A DNA stretch of 64,000 nucleotides from Candidatus Saccharimonadales bacterium (GTDB lineage Bacteria; Patescibacteriota; Saccharimonadia; Saccharimonadales; JBGSXW01), in the NCBI GenBank assembly GCA_041751215.1, contig JBGSXW010000003.1:19613-83612 (forward strand), in the 5' to 3' direction. The notes beneath the pieces were generated by a model. The model was not told the DNA's origin and did no database searches. It saw only the letters and a list, made by a program, of their open reading frames with translations. The position numbers and the translations under genes were made by a program. The number at the start of each line of letters is the position of its first letter. Positions within the stretch are counted from its first letter, which is position 1. Below are positions 27,026 through 34,589 of this stretch, piece after piece.

Positions 27026-27546
27026 TGGATATGCTCCAGTATTTCGTCTACCGTTGTCTCTAAATCTCGATCTGAAGTGTCAATAAGTACTTGATTTAGC
27101 GACTTGGCGTCTTCTTCTGCGCGTTCGATCATATCTAGCATGCGCTGTTTGAATAAAGGGTTAGTAGTGTGTGGATCCTCGCCTCGTTCTGCTAGTCGGG
27201 CCTCAAGGGCATCGGGATTTACGTGCAGACGAAAGACTTTAGAGAATCGTGGGTAGTAGGCGCTTTCGTTCAGCGCACCACCACAAAAGAATAGTACGCC
27301 GCTCGCGGCTCCAAACACTGCTTCAACTTTTTTCTTATCCCAAAGCCAGCCGTTAACCTCATACCAGTCTTCACTTACTTCGTATCCAGGAAATTCAACG
27401 GGTTGCTCGGTCTTGATGTTGGCATAGTACCCAAAAGCATCATCAGTGTTAATGACTTCATAGCCTCGCTTGACTAGCTCATTGCCAATAGTCGTCTTGC
27501 CTGAAGTTGAAGGGCCGTTAATCAGAAACACACTCGCCTTGGTCAT
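27022..27546 (-). CDS. P-loop NTPase / small-molecule-kinase-like protein
   Basis: [17 protein letters not shown] is a Walker A. 174 aa. Start and stop overlap prfA and prmC by 4 nt each. Confidence 0.65.
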   Translation of the reverse strand: MTKASVFLINGPSTSGKTTIGNELVKRGYEVINTDDAFGYYANIKTEQPVEFPGYEVSEDWYEVNGWLWDKKKVEAVFGAASGVLFFCGGALNESAYYPRFSKVFRLHVNPDALEARLAERGEDPHTTNPLFKQRMLDMIERAEEDAKSLNQVLIDTSDRDLETTVDEILEHIQ

Positions 27547-28595
27547 TGACGGCTCATTTCTTTCTCTTGCTGCTTAAGAGCCTCGATTAAATCGTCAATT
27601 TCACCGTTAAGAGCGCCGGGGATGTTGGAGCGCGAGAAGCCGATGCGGTGATCGGTAATGCGATCTTGAGGAAAGTTATAAGTGCGAATCTTTTCTGAGC
27701 GATCACCAGTACCAATTTGTGCTAAGCGTTGGATCGATTGTTCGGCCTGCTGATCTTCGAGCTGCTTGGCGAGCAGGCGAGAGCGTAAAACACCCATAGC
27801 TTTGGCGCGGTTCTTAATCTGCGACTTCTCATCCTGGCAGGTAACAACTAAGCCAGTTGGCTCGTGGGTAATACGTACAGCCGAATCCGTAGTGTTAACA
27901 GATTGACCACCGTGGCCACTAGCACGGTAGTAGTCAATTTTAAGGTCGCTTTCTTTGATCTCGACGTCTTGTTCCTCGGCCTCTGGCATTACTGCTACGG
28001 TTGCGGTAGAAGTGTGAATTCTTCCTTGAGATTCGGTGGAGGGAACGCGCTGAACGCGGTGCACGCCAGACTCAAATTTGAGCTGACCGTAAGGGGAGTC
28101 GCCCTTAACGCTAAAAATAATCTCTTTATAGCCGCCAACTTCAGATGGGGATTCGTCGATCAGTTCAACTTTGAGTCTATGCTGTTCGCAGTAACGGGCG
28201 TACATGCGGTAAAGGTCGCCAGCAAACAAGGAGGCTTCGTCGCCGCCAGCGCCAGCGCGGATCTCGACAATAATGTTCTTTGGGTCGTTTGGGTCTTTAG
28301 GAATTAGCGCATCTTCGAGTTCAGATTCTACTGTAGCCAATTTGGCCTGAAGTTCAGGAACTTCGGCTCCGGCCAGCTCAGACAGCTCCTTATCGGAGCC
28401 ACTAACCATGTCATTTGCTTCTGAGAGATCGTTTTTAATCTGATCTTTACGATCAAACATGCTAATAATGCCCTCAAGCTCGTTAATGCGCCTAGACTTG
28501 TCGGCAAATTCAGGATCACTAAAAGCATCCGGTTTAGCTAAAAAGTCGGATAACTGCTGATACTCGGCTCGTAGTTCTGATTCTTTATGGTCCAT
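27543..28595 (-). CDS. prfA: Peptide chain release factor 1
   Basis: [14 protein letters not shown] (PxT tripeptide region) and [19 protein letters not shown] (GGQ). Confidence 0.95.
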   Translation of the reverse strand: MDHKESELRAEYQQLSDFLAKPDAFSDPEFADKSRRINELEGIISMFDRKDQIKNDLSEANDMVSGSDKELSELAGAEVPELQAKLATVESELEDALIPKDPNDPKNIIVEIRAGAGGDEASLFAGDLYRMYARYCEQHRLKVELIDESPSEVGGYKEIIFSVKGDSPYGQLKFESGVHRVQRVPSTESQGRIHTSTATVAVMPEAEEQDVEIKESDLKIDYYRASGHGGQSVNTTDSAVRITHEPTGLVVTCQDEKSQIKNRAKAMGVLRSRLLAKQLEDQQAEQSIQRLAQIGTGDRSEKIRTYNFPQDRITDHRIGFSRSNIPGALNGEIDDLIEALKQQEKEMSRQ

Positions 28596-28630
28596 AGTCT
28601 TGAGATAGTATTACATACTTTTTAAAACCA

Positions 28631-28752
28631 CGCTTGCCGTCAAACCACTGGGGTTTTTGCTGTCCGCCACGCGGGCCGAGGACCAACCGCAGGGCATTCC
28701 GCAGGCCCCGAAGTGAGACAGCAAAAATACCAAGTGTGCTTTGACGGTTGCG
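28631..28752. other. GC-rich ~122-nt nested-stem structured element between rpmE and prfA
   Basis: CGCTTGCCGTCAAA pairs with TTTGACGGTTGCG. CACTGGGGTTTTTGCTGTC pairs with GACAGCAAAAATACCAAGTG. The 60-nt core is GC-rich and contains the direct repeat CCGCAGG..CCGCAGG. Confidence 0.45.
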
Positions 28753-28764
28753 TGAAAGTTTTGC

Positions 28765-28808
28765 GCGCCTTTATGAAAAGGCGCAAGCCACCCTCACTGG
28801 TAAGTGAG
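28765..28808 (-). terminator. Two hairpins just downstream of rpmE
   Basis: CTCACT-GGTA-AGTGAG (28793-28808) and GCGCCTTT-ATGA-AAAGGCGC (28765-28784). No strong U-tract. Confidence 0.35.
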
Positions 28809-28811
28809 AAC

Positions 28812-29258
28812 CTAACTTTCTTTAGGAGTTTCAGCTTCAGCTGCAGGCTTCTCAGCCTCAACCTTAGCACCGCGCATTTTTGGATCTTCGCGAACAATCT
28901 TAGATTTTGCCACTGGTGCACCAATCTTTTGAACTTCTTTTCCAGATTCGCCGCGGGCAGCCTTACGGTTAGCAGATTTCTTAGCCTTAGCAGCCGCTGA
29001 CTTGCGTCGTTCCTCGGCTTGCTGAGCTTGTTTCTTGAAGCGATCAACTCGTCCTTCGACGTCGACAATCTTTTCTTCGCCGGTGTAAAACGGGTGAGAA
29101 GCGCTAGAGATGTGTACAGATACTAACGGATATTCGGTTCCATCAAGAGTGATAGTTTCTTTAGTTTTTACGGTAGAGCGTGTCAAAAAAGTGGCGTCGT
29201 TATTGACGTCTTTAAACACGACTGGGCGGTAGTTGTCTGGGTGTAAGTCTTTCTTCAT
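28812..29258 (-). CDS. rpmE: 50S ribosomal protein L31 (type B, no Cys motif) with ~65-aa Lys/Ala-rich C-terminal extension
   Basis: [17 protein letters not shown]....[26 protein letters not shown], then ..[16 protein letters not shown]... Confidence 0.9.
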   Translation of the reverse strand: MKKDLHPDNYRPVVFKDVNNDATFLTRSTVKTKETITLDGTEYPLVSVHISSASHPFYTGEEKIVDVEGRVDRFKKQAQQAEERRKSAAAKAKKSANRKAARGESGKEVQKIGAPVAKSKIVREDPKMRGAKVEAEKPAAEAETPKES

Positions 29259-29269
29259 TGCAAGGAGCG

Positions 29270-29298
29270 AGTATACACATCTGATAGACAGAGGTCAA
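29270..29298 (-). promoter_or_regulatory. Candidate rpmE promoter
   Basis: The minus strand reads TTGACC, 17-nt spacer, TATACT, then 11 nt to the ATG. Confidence 0.4.
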
Positions 29299-29358
29299 GC
29301 TTCTTTATGCTCGGACAGCGCTATGAGCGACCGATAACCATAGTTACTAGTCAATGGG

Positions 29359-29387
29359 TTTACAGAAACACGCTAACGTTATATAAT
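29359..29387 (+). promoter_or_regulatory. Strong candidate promoter reading into the GC-rich cassette
   Basis: TTTACA (29359-29364), 17-nt spacer, TATAAT (29382-29387). Confidence 0.5.
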
Positions 29388-29406
29388 AGTCCGGTCCAGA
29401 TTGGAC

Positions 29407-29419
29407 TAGAGGGAAGACT
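29407..29419 (+). repeat. Left arm of perfect 13-bp inverted repeat
   Basis: TAGAGGGAAGACT. Its reverse complement occurs at 29883-29895. Extension AGAGA/GGTG (to 29432) pairs imperfectly with 29867-29880. Confidence 0.8.
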
Positions 29420-29438
29420 ATCAGAGAGGGTGAGTTAG

Positions 29439-29816
29439 TTGGACACAATCCAACAATCAGAAGCAACGATCCAGGAGCGTCTCGACAAGCTCCGAGAGAA
29501 CGGCCACCTGCGCCACTACCACCACACGTGGAGAACGAGGCAGGCCAGTCGGCTCATCGAGGAGCTCAGCGGGATCCGGAAGCGGATCGGCGAAGAGGCG
29601 TTCGAGGAGTTCCTCCAGCTCGAGGTCCACTCGAATGACCTGCCGAGCATCGAAGGCACTTCGCTGTTCGAAGGCGACCTCGATGTTCTGCTGTCCGCCT
29701 GGTGGCTGCTCCACGAGATCGTGACGCGAGAGGTGCAGGCCAATCCCGACGACCACCCAGACGGCATGATCGTCGACATCCGGACCATCGTCCACAGCCT
29801 GCCCGCCGCGGCCTGA
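29439..29816 (+). CDS. Hypothetical 125-aa protein with foreign (high-GC) codon usage
   Basis: TTG start directly after an in-frame TAG, with GAGGGTGA 6 nt upstream. About 99 of the last 113 codons end in G/C by my count. The other open frames here lack that bias. Confidence 0.55.
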   Translation: MDTIQQSEATIQERLDKLRENGHLRHYHHTWRTRQASRLIEELSGIRKRIGEEAFEEFLQLEVHSNDLPSIEGTSLFEGDLDVLLSAWWLLHEIVTREVQANPDDHPDGMIVDIRTIVHSLPAAA

Positions 29817-29824
29817 TCGATCCT

Positions 29825-29867
29825 GGCTGTGGGGGAGCAATACGGTTCACTCCGTACCCCCACAGCC
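29825..29867 (+). terminator. Long nested hairpin after the cassette ORF
   Basis: GGCTGTGGGGG-AGCAA-TACGG-TTCACT-CCGTA-CCCCCACAGCC. No U-tract. Confidence 0.45.
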
Positions 29868-29882
29868 ACCGATCATCTCTAC

Positions 29883-29895
29883 AGTCTTCCCTCTA
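29883..29895 (-). repeat. Right arm of perfect 13-bp inverted repeat
   Basis: AGTCTTCCCTCTA is the reverse complement of 29407-29419. Confidence 0.8.
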
Positions 29896-30053
29896 AACAA
29901 CCTTGTGTGGCAAGTTGAGCTATATTTAAAGAACTTTTAATTACTCAGCTTGCTATAGAATTTTGCCAATGCTAATAGAACCAGCCTTACTACCAGTCAA
30001 ACTAAGCCAGATTTTGCTTGACCAGCCAAGCAGGATTGAGATAGGTTGAGCGG

Positions 30054-30716
30054 ATGGCTAGTGGCGGTTCATATGAGCGAGGAATTGATTATCTTAACGG
30101 GGAGAGTCGTAGGGTCTTAGACAAAGCAGTCTCAGGAGCGGCTTTAGTTGCTGGCGCGCTGCCTATAGCTGTGGCTGCAACCATCTCGGCCCGAGAGCAC
30201 GGTCTTCGCAACGTGCTATTTACTCAGAAGCGAGTCTGGGGCCCAGATCCTAACTTTGCTATAACCAAGTTCCGAACCCTTCCTCCAGAGATTAACGGTG
30301 GTGTTTATCGATTGTGTGATCCGCGGGCATCAAAAGCCGCTAACTTTATGCGTCGAACCGGCATGGACGAGCTGCCACAGTTGCTTGATGTCTGGCGAGG
30401 ATCAATGACCACGCTAGGGATAAGAACAGTCCTGCAAACACATTTAGATGATCGGAATAGCGCCGACCCGTCGTTGTTTGCCGACTGGTATCATGCTCAA
30501 CAAAGCACAAAACCATCGTTAACTGGCGCCGGGGCGCTTTGGTATCATGACGCCGATCCAGACCCCTCAGACCCAGACAGTGTTCTTATTAATGTTATGA
30601 AGCTTGATCTTGAGTACATAGAAACCGCTTCGCTCGATACCGACCTAAAGTTTTTAGCGAGCATTCCTGGAACCATTGGCTCAATAGCAATCGACTACCT
30701 AAAACAAGAAGGCTAG
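30054..30716 (+). CDS. Divergent bacterial sugar transferase family protein (polyprenyl-phosphate glycosyl-1-phosphate transferase-like)
   Basis: RRVLDKAVSGAALVAGALPI.., then ..FTQKRVWGPDPNFAITKFRTL.. and ..RRTGMDELPQLLDVWRGSMTTLG... This matches the family pattern R.lD..(TM)..Q.RvG..g..F...KFRTM...lDELPQl.NVl.G.MS.vG. Confidence 0.7.
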   Translation: MASGGSYERGIDYLNGESRRVLDKAVSGAALVAGALPIAVAATISAREHGLRNVLFTQKRVWGPDPNFAITKFRTLPPEINGGVYRLCDPRASKAANFMRRTGMDELPQLLDVWRGSMTTLGIRTVLQTHLDDRNSADPSLFADWYHAQQSTKPSLTGAGALWYHDADPDPSDPDSVLINVMKLDLEYIETASLDTDLKFLASIPGTIGSIAIDYLKQEG

Positions 30717-30811
30717 CCCCACCCTCCCAGGGGGCAAACCGGCCAACTAGAGAGCGGACAACTGTACGCCCTACAAATTTAGCTCACATAAACTTAGAGG
30801 GTTGTTAAAAG

Positions 30812-30820
30812 TGCTAAAAT
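30812..30820 (+). promoter_or_regulatory. Extended -10 box
   Basis: TGCTAAAAT lies 40 nt upstream of ATG 30861, which has a GGAG SD. Confidence 0.35.
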
Positions 30821-30860
30821 CAATACAGGAATTAATACATATTTAACATTGGAGTAAAAA

Positions 30861-31073
30861 ATGGCTAAGTCAGAAGAAAAGCAGGCAAAAGCAAGCAATA
30901 ACGCCTCGGCACACGCTAGCTCGGGCGGTGCGTACTTTCTAGGATTCGTGGGTGCGTTCACGTATTACATCGTATCTACAGATGGTCTGTGGATGCTAGC
31001 GATCGGTTTCTTAAAAGCACTAGTCTGGCCAGCAATCTTAGTCTACAAACTGTTCGAGCTGCTTTACGCCTAA
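30861..31073 (+). CDS. Hypothetical small membrane protein (70 aa, 2 TM)
   Basis: GGAYFLGFVGAFTYYIV and LWMLAIGFLKALVWPAILVY are hydrophobic spans. SD present. Confidence 0.5.
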   Translation: MAKSEEKQAKASNNASAHASSGGAYFLGFVGAFTYYIVSTDGLWMLAIGFLKALVWPAILVYKLFELLYA

Positions 31074-31092
31074 AAACACTCAAACTCTAAAG

Positions 31093-31101
31093 TGCTAGAA
31101 T
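31093..31101 (+). promoter_or_regulatory. Extended -10 box, 6 nt from the start codon (leaderless-type)
   Basis: TGCTAGAAT, then AAGCTT, then ATG at 31108. Confidence 0.4.
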
Positions 31102-31107
31102 AAGCTT

Positions 31108-32268
31108 ATGGCTAAGCGTAAGCGACTTTCTAACATAAAAAAGACCTGGATACTTGTAGCGGCAGCAGTGGTAGTTTTAGTAATCGCAGGACTGTTGCTC
31201 CGAGACAATATTTATCGGCAGTTCTTTAAGCCAACTCAGACTACTTTGCCTCAAGGCATCCAAGAACTACCGGAGCAAAGACAGCGACTCATCGAATACA
31301 AAACCAACCTAGACGTGCCCTGGGAAATTGCCTTTTTGCCAGACGGCGACATGTTAGTAACCGAGCGAAGCGGAAAGCTGCGCCGTTTTGGCAAGAACCC
31401 TCAGAGTTTTACGATCGACGGAGCTGCTGGTCAGTCGGGCGAGGGGGGTCTGCTTGGACTTGCTGTTCATCCAGACTTTGCCAGCAATCAAATGATTTAT
31501 GTGTACCTAACAAAAGTTAGTGGTGCAGGCCACATTAACCAGGTCGATCGATACAAGCTCTCAGGTGAACGCCTGACTAATAAAACTACTATCATCGCTA
31601 ATATTCCCGGCTCAACCTATCACGACGGCGGGCGGTTAGCTTTTGGCCCAGATGAGAAGCTCTACATTCTTACGGGTGATGCTGGAGTTGAACAGTTAGC
31701 ACAAGACGTAAACTCACTGGCCGGGAAGGTGCTGCGCCTTAATGATGATGGCTCTACTCCCAGCGACAACCCCTTTGATAGTCCGATTTACTCTTACGGA
31801 CACCGCAACCCCCAAGGCTTGGCATGGGACAACAAAGATCAACTTTGGATAACCGAACATGGACCGTCCGGACTAGAAACCGGCTATGACGAAGTGAACC
31901 TTATTAAATCGGGAGGAAACTACGGTTGGCCACTAATTCGTGGAGATGCCACCCAAAGCGGCTTAATAACTCCACTGGCTCAGTCTGGATCAAATGAAAC
32001 CTGGGCACCATCGGGCACTGTCTGGTACCGTGGTTCGCTATTCTTCACGGGGCTACGCGGCGAAAGCCTGTATCAAGCGATCCTAAATGACAATAAGGTT
32101 ACAAAAGTTGTAAGTCACTTCAGAGAGCGCTTTGGGCGACTGCGGGCTGCTACGCTAGGCCCTGATGGCTATCTGTATGTCTCAACCAGCAACCGAGACG
32201 GGCGAGGTGCGCCAAAATCAAACGACGACAAGATTATTCGCATCGATCCAGACATATTTTTTGAATAA
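31108..32268 (+). CDS. PQQ-dependent sugar (glucose/sorbosone) dehydrogenase family protein, membrane-anchored
   Basis: VPWEIAFLPDGDMLVTERSGKL, GEGGLLGLAVHPDF, HDGGRLAFGPD, YSYGHRNPQGLAWD and EHGPSG..DEVNLI..GGNYGWP. Confidence 0.85.
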   Translation: MAKRKRLSNIKKTWILVAAAVVVLVIAGLLLRDNIYRQFFKPTQTTLPQGIQELPEQRQRLIEYKTNLDVPWEIAFLPDGDMLVTERSGKLRRFGKNPQSFTIDGAAGQSGEGGLLGLAVHPDFASNQMIYVYLTKVSGAGHINQVDRYKLSGERLTNKTTIIANIPGSTYHDGGRLAFGPDEKLYILTGDAGVEQLAQDVNSLAGKVLRLNDDGSTPSDNPFDSPIYSYGHRNPQGLAWDNKDQLWITEHGPSGLETGYDEVNLIKSGGNYGWPLIRGDATQSGLITPLAQSGSNETWAPSGTVWYRGSLFFTGLRGESLYQAILNDNKVTKVVSHFRERFGRLRAATLGPDGYLYVSTSNRDGRGAPKSNDDKIIRIDPDIFFE

Positions 32269-32291
32269 ACAAAAGCACTCTAAAAACTTTC

Positions 32292-32300
32292 TGGTATAGT
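32292..32300 (+). promoter_or_regulatory. Extended -10 box, 6 nt from an ATG (leaderless-type), heading the acidic-protein cluster
   Basis: TGGTATAGT, then AGATAC, then ATG at 32307. This opens an 11-codon mini-ORF, MNGVDAYDDAR (32307-32342). Confidence 0.35.
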
Positions 32301-32443
32301 AGATACATGAACGGGGTAGATGCGTATGACGACGCGAGGTGACTTTGTAAAAAAAGTTATAGCTTCCCAAGGCTTTAACGAGCGGAAGCAGTTTTTTCTT
32401 GCGGATCTAGATGAAATAAAAACACATTTTGTTAAGAAACTAA

Positions 32444-33133
32444 GTGGCTCTCATGCCGAGTGCAGCGAGCTATAAAATGGGAATACCTGACTTTGGTACA
32501 AGCGAGCTAGCAGAGGAGCGCTTGCGCAGTCAGGAGTACGAAGAAGCCAGAGAAATTCAGCAACGGCTAGAGGCCCTCGATCCCAGCATCAGCGATGAAG
32601 ATCACGACGTAGTTCTTAGGCTTGTTCGTCTAGAACAAACTCCCGAAGCCGAAGGCCTGGAGCTAGATTCAATGGATTTAGTTGAGGGGATGGCGGTGTT
32701 CGAAGCTCACATCGATACGGTGTGTTCTGGCGAGGAACCGTCGATATTTAGCCTAGATGAACGCGATTTACTAGTCGGCGCCAAAAACTGGCTACTAGGG
32801 TCCGAGGACCAAGAAGTCAGACAGATGGGCAAAGTCATAGCCGGCGCGCTAGTTAGAGACAAGATAGCTAATCTCGCTAAATCTAGGCTTCCAGATGCAG
32901 ACAAGTTACTTACCCAAGTCGATCGGTCATTGCATAAGGTCTACACTGACTATGTTGAGGAAGTCCAAAGCGATGAAGGCCGAGATGACGATGATGGCTC
33001 AGGAGGAACACGAGTTCGTGAACCCGATAACCCGATGAGTCCAAATAGTCCAATTGGTTCAGCTTCTGTTGTGATTGAAACAGAGGTAGAGTCAGGCGAT
33101 CAGGACGAAACAAAGTTAAGTCTGGTAGTATAA
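32444..33133 (+). CDS. Hypothetical acidic protein (start uncertain: GTG 32444, ATG 32453 or ATG 32477)
   Basis: Long ORF with no family recognised. An alternative model places a basic 51-aa ORF at 32320-32475, ending 1 nt before ATG 32477. Confidence 0.55.
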   Translation: MALMPSAASYKMGIPDFGTSELAEERLRSQEYEEAREIQQRLEALDPSISDEDHDVVLRLVRLEQTPEAEGLELDSMDLVEGMAVFEAHIDTVCSGEEPSIFSLDERDLLVGAKNWLLGSEDQEVRQMGKVIAGALVRDKIANLAKSRLPDADKLLTQVDRSLHKVYTDYVEEVQSDEGRDDDDGSGGTRVREPDNPMSPNSPIGSASVVIETEVESGDQDETKLSLVV

Positions 33134-33175
33134 AAAAGTACTGTTGATTCAACCTAACGCGAGGGGAGATAAGTA

Positions 33176-33853
33176 ATGAGCAAACTAGTAATTAGTTTAA
33201 TTGTAGCCGGTCTAGTGGTTGTCGGTGGCGGTGCAGCCTATGTATTAATGAGCGGTGATGACGAAAACGACGAGGCCGCAACGTCTCAGTCCAACGAGGC
33301 AGACCAGTCAGAGAGTGAGAACAGCGAGGCTACCTCTGAGTTTGCACCAGTTTCTACAGATGGCGTAGCGTTTGTCGCCACCATTAAGACTGCTGCCGGC
33401 GGACAGAACGTAAACGCTACGATGGAATACGACGGAGAAGCTAATTATCGCTATAAATCAGTCCAACAGGGTCAAAACCTTGAAGTTATAACCACACCGG
33501 AGGCTTCATACATGAAGCTTGGCAACCAAGGTTGGTTTAAATATGCCTCGGGCACCAACCAAGCGAACGTGAACACCGATGATTATCAGTATGATGAAGC
33601 CAAGCTAGCGGACTATAAAGCAAACTCAACCTACAAGGGAACTGGCAGCTGTATTGCTGGAACCTGTGACATCTGGGAAGTTACCAGTGCTGGCAGCGGG
33701 ACCGCAACGATCTACTTAGATAGTTCTAATCAGAGAATTGTTCAGGTCAAAACTACTATAAACAACACTCAGAGCACCATCACATACGACTATAAGAGCG
33801 TAAAGATTACACCGCCAGCTAACGCCAAAACCTTCCCAAACTACGCTCAGTAG
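33176..33853 (+). CDS. Hypothetical membrane-anchored extracytoplasmic protein
   Basis: N-terminal anchor LVISLIVAGLVVVGGGAAYVL, acidic linker, then a beta-rich domain with a Cys pair (GSCIAGTCD). SD GGGGAG. Confidence 0.65.
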   Translation: MSKLVISLIVAGLVVVGGGAAYVLMSGDDENDEAATSQSNEADQSESENSEATSEFAPVSTDGVAFVATIKTAAGGQNVNATMEYDGEANYRYKSVQQGQNLEVITTPEASYMKLGNQGWFKYASGTNQANVNTDDYQYDEAKLADYKANSTYKGTGSCIAGTCDIWEVTSAGSGTATIYLDSSNQRIVQVKTTINNTQSTITYDYKSVKITPPANAKTFPNYAQ

Positions 33854-33951
33854 CAAGACAGTAGGACTAACATTGACAAAGCATAACTATTATGCTACAT
33901 TTGTTGTACAGTTATAAACAACAAAAACAAACGAACAACAAAGGAAGCAAA

Positions 33952-34269
33952 ATGCCAGAGACAGAGCTACTAGAACCCGGATACGACCACGAACTTATGG
34001 CGGCTTTTGAACAAGACGTTGTTGATCCTATCGAAGAAATTACCCCTGATGATGCTGACTTTATTGAAGCGTTTGCCCCGAGCGATGCCGATCAAGAGGC
34101 CGATGAAGCTTCAGAAATAGCCGGACAGTACATGTATCCGCTTGGTCACCTTAATGAAACCGTTGGCGTTCCAAAGACTGAACAAAAAGTTAGTACAAAA
34201 ATGCTATTCGATGACGATAATCGCGCTCCAGAGCGAGTGGGGTCTAGTCGCGGCGGCGGCTTGATATAA
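33952..34269 (+). CDS. Hypothetical highly acidic protein (105 aa from ATG 33952)
   Basis: Track ORF 33892 trimmed to the ATG after AAAGGAAG. About a quarter of residues are Asp/Glu. Confidence 0.5.
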   Translation: MPETELLEPGYDHELMAAFEQDVVDPIEEITPDDADFIEAFAPSDADQEADEASEIAGQYMYPLGHLNETVGVPKTEQKVSTKMLFDDDNRAPERVGSSRGGGLI

Positions 34270-34280
34270 GGTAGAACACC

Positions 34281-34589
34281 ATGCATGCTCCGGCCGAAAT
34301 GATTCCAGACCACGAGATAGCCGGGTCTGGAGGTAGCGAGTTTACTCCGGAGCTTGAAGTTGAGCCCGTTGTGCCATCGATTGAAGCTGCAAATCGTGAA
34401 TTTGCAGCTTTAGATCGGATTGCTCAAGAAGACGAAGCCAAAGAGGCGATTGAGCGCGAGACTAAAGAAGCTACCGATGACCAGGAATTTGCGGATGAGT
34501 GGAATAGAACCAGTCCAGATAAGTACTTTACAGATAAGAATCTAGAAAAATTGGATGAGCATTTTCATCCGGTACACAAAAAGTTTTAA
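34281..34589 (+). CDS. Hypothetical acidic protein (102 aa)
   Basis: Lies 11 nt after the previous stop. Its TAA overlaps the next ATG (TAATG). Confidence 0.5.
   Translation: MHAPAEMIPDHEIAGSGGSEFTPELEVEPVVPSIEAANREFAALDRIAQEDEAKEAIERETKEATDDQEFADEWNRTSPDKYFTDKNLEKLDEHFHPVHKKF

Noticed and set aside
28631-28752. SRP (4.5S) RNA candidate, because CAGGCCCCGAAGTGAGACAGC resembles the CAGGTCCGGAAGGAAGCAGC helix-8 motif
   Set aside because: The resemblance does not hold when folded. On either strand there is no GNRA tetraloop closed by the required pairs, and no symmetric or asymmetric loop arrangement.
29407-29895. Interpreting the inverted-repeat-bounded cassette as an insertion sequence or integron cassette
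   Set aside because: There is no transposase-like ORF, and I can see no flanking target-site duplication. The post-ORF hairpin lacks the GTTRRRY / RYYYAAC core sites of attC. I therefore report it only as a cassette-like foreign unit of unknown mobility.
29457-29896. Three minus-strand ORFs (29457-29840, 29516-29869, 29566-29850) and the plus-strand ORF 29702-29896 inside the GC-rich cassette
   Set aside because: They are open only because stop codons are rare in GC-rich DNA. Only the 29439-29816 frame shows the strong G/C third-position bias expected of real high-GC coding sequence, and it alone has an SD and promoter.
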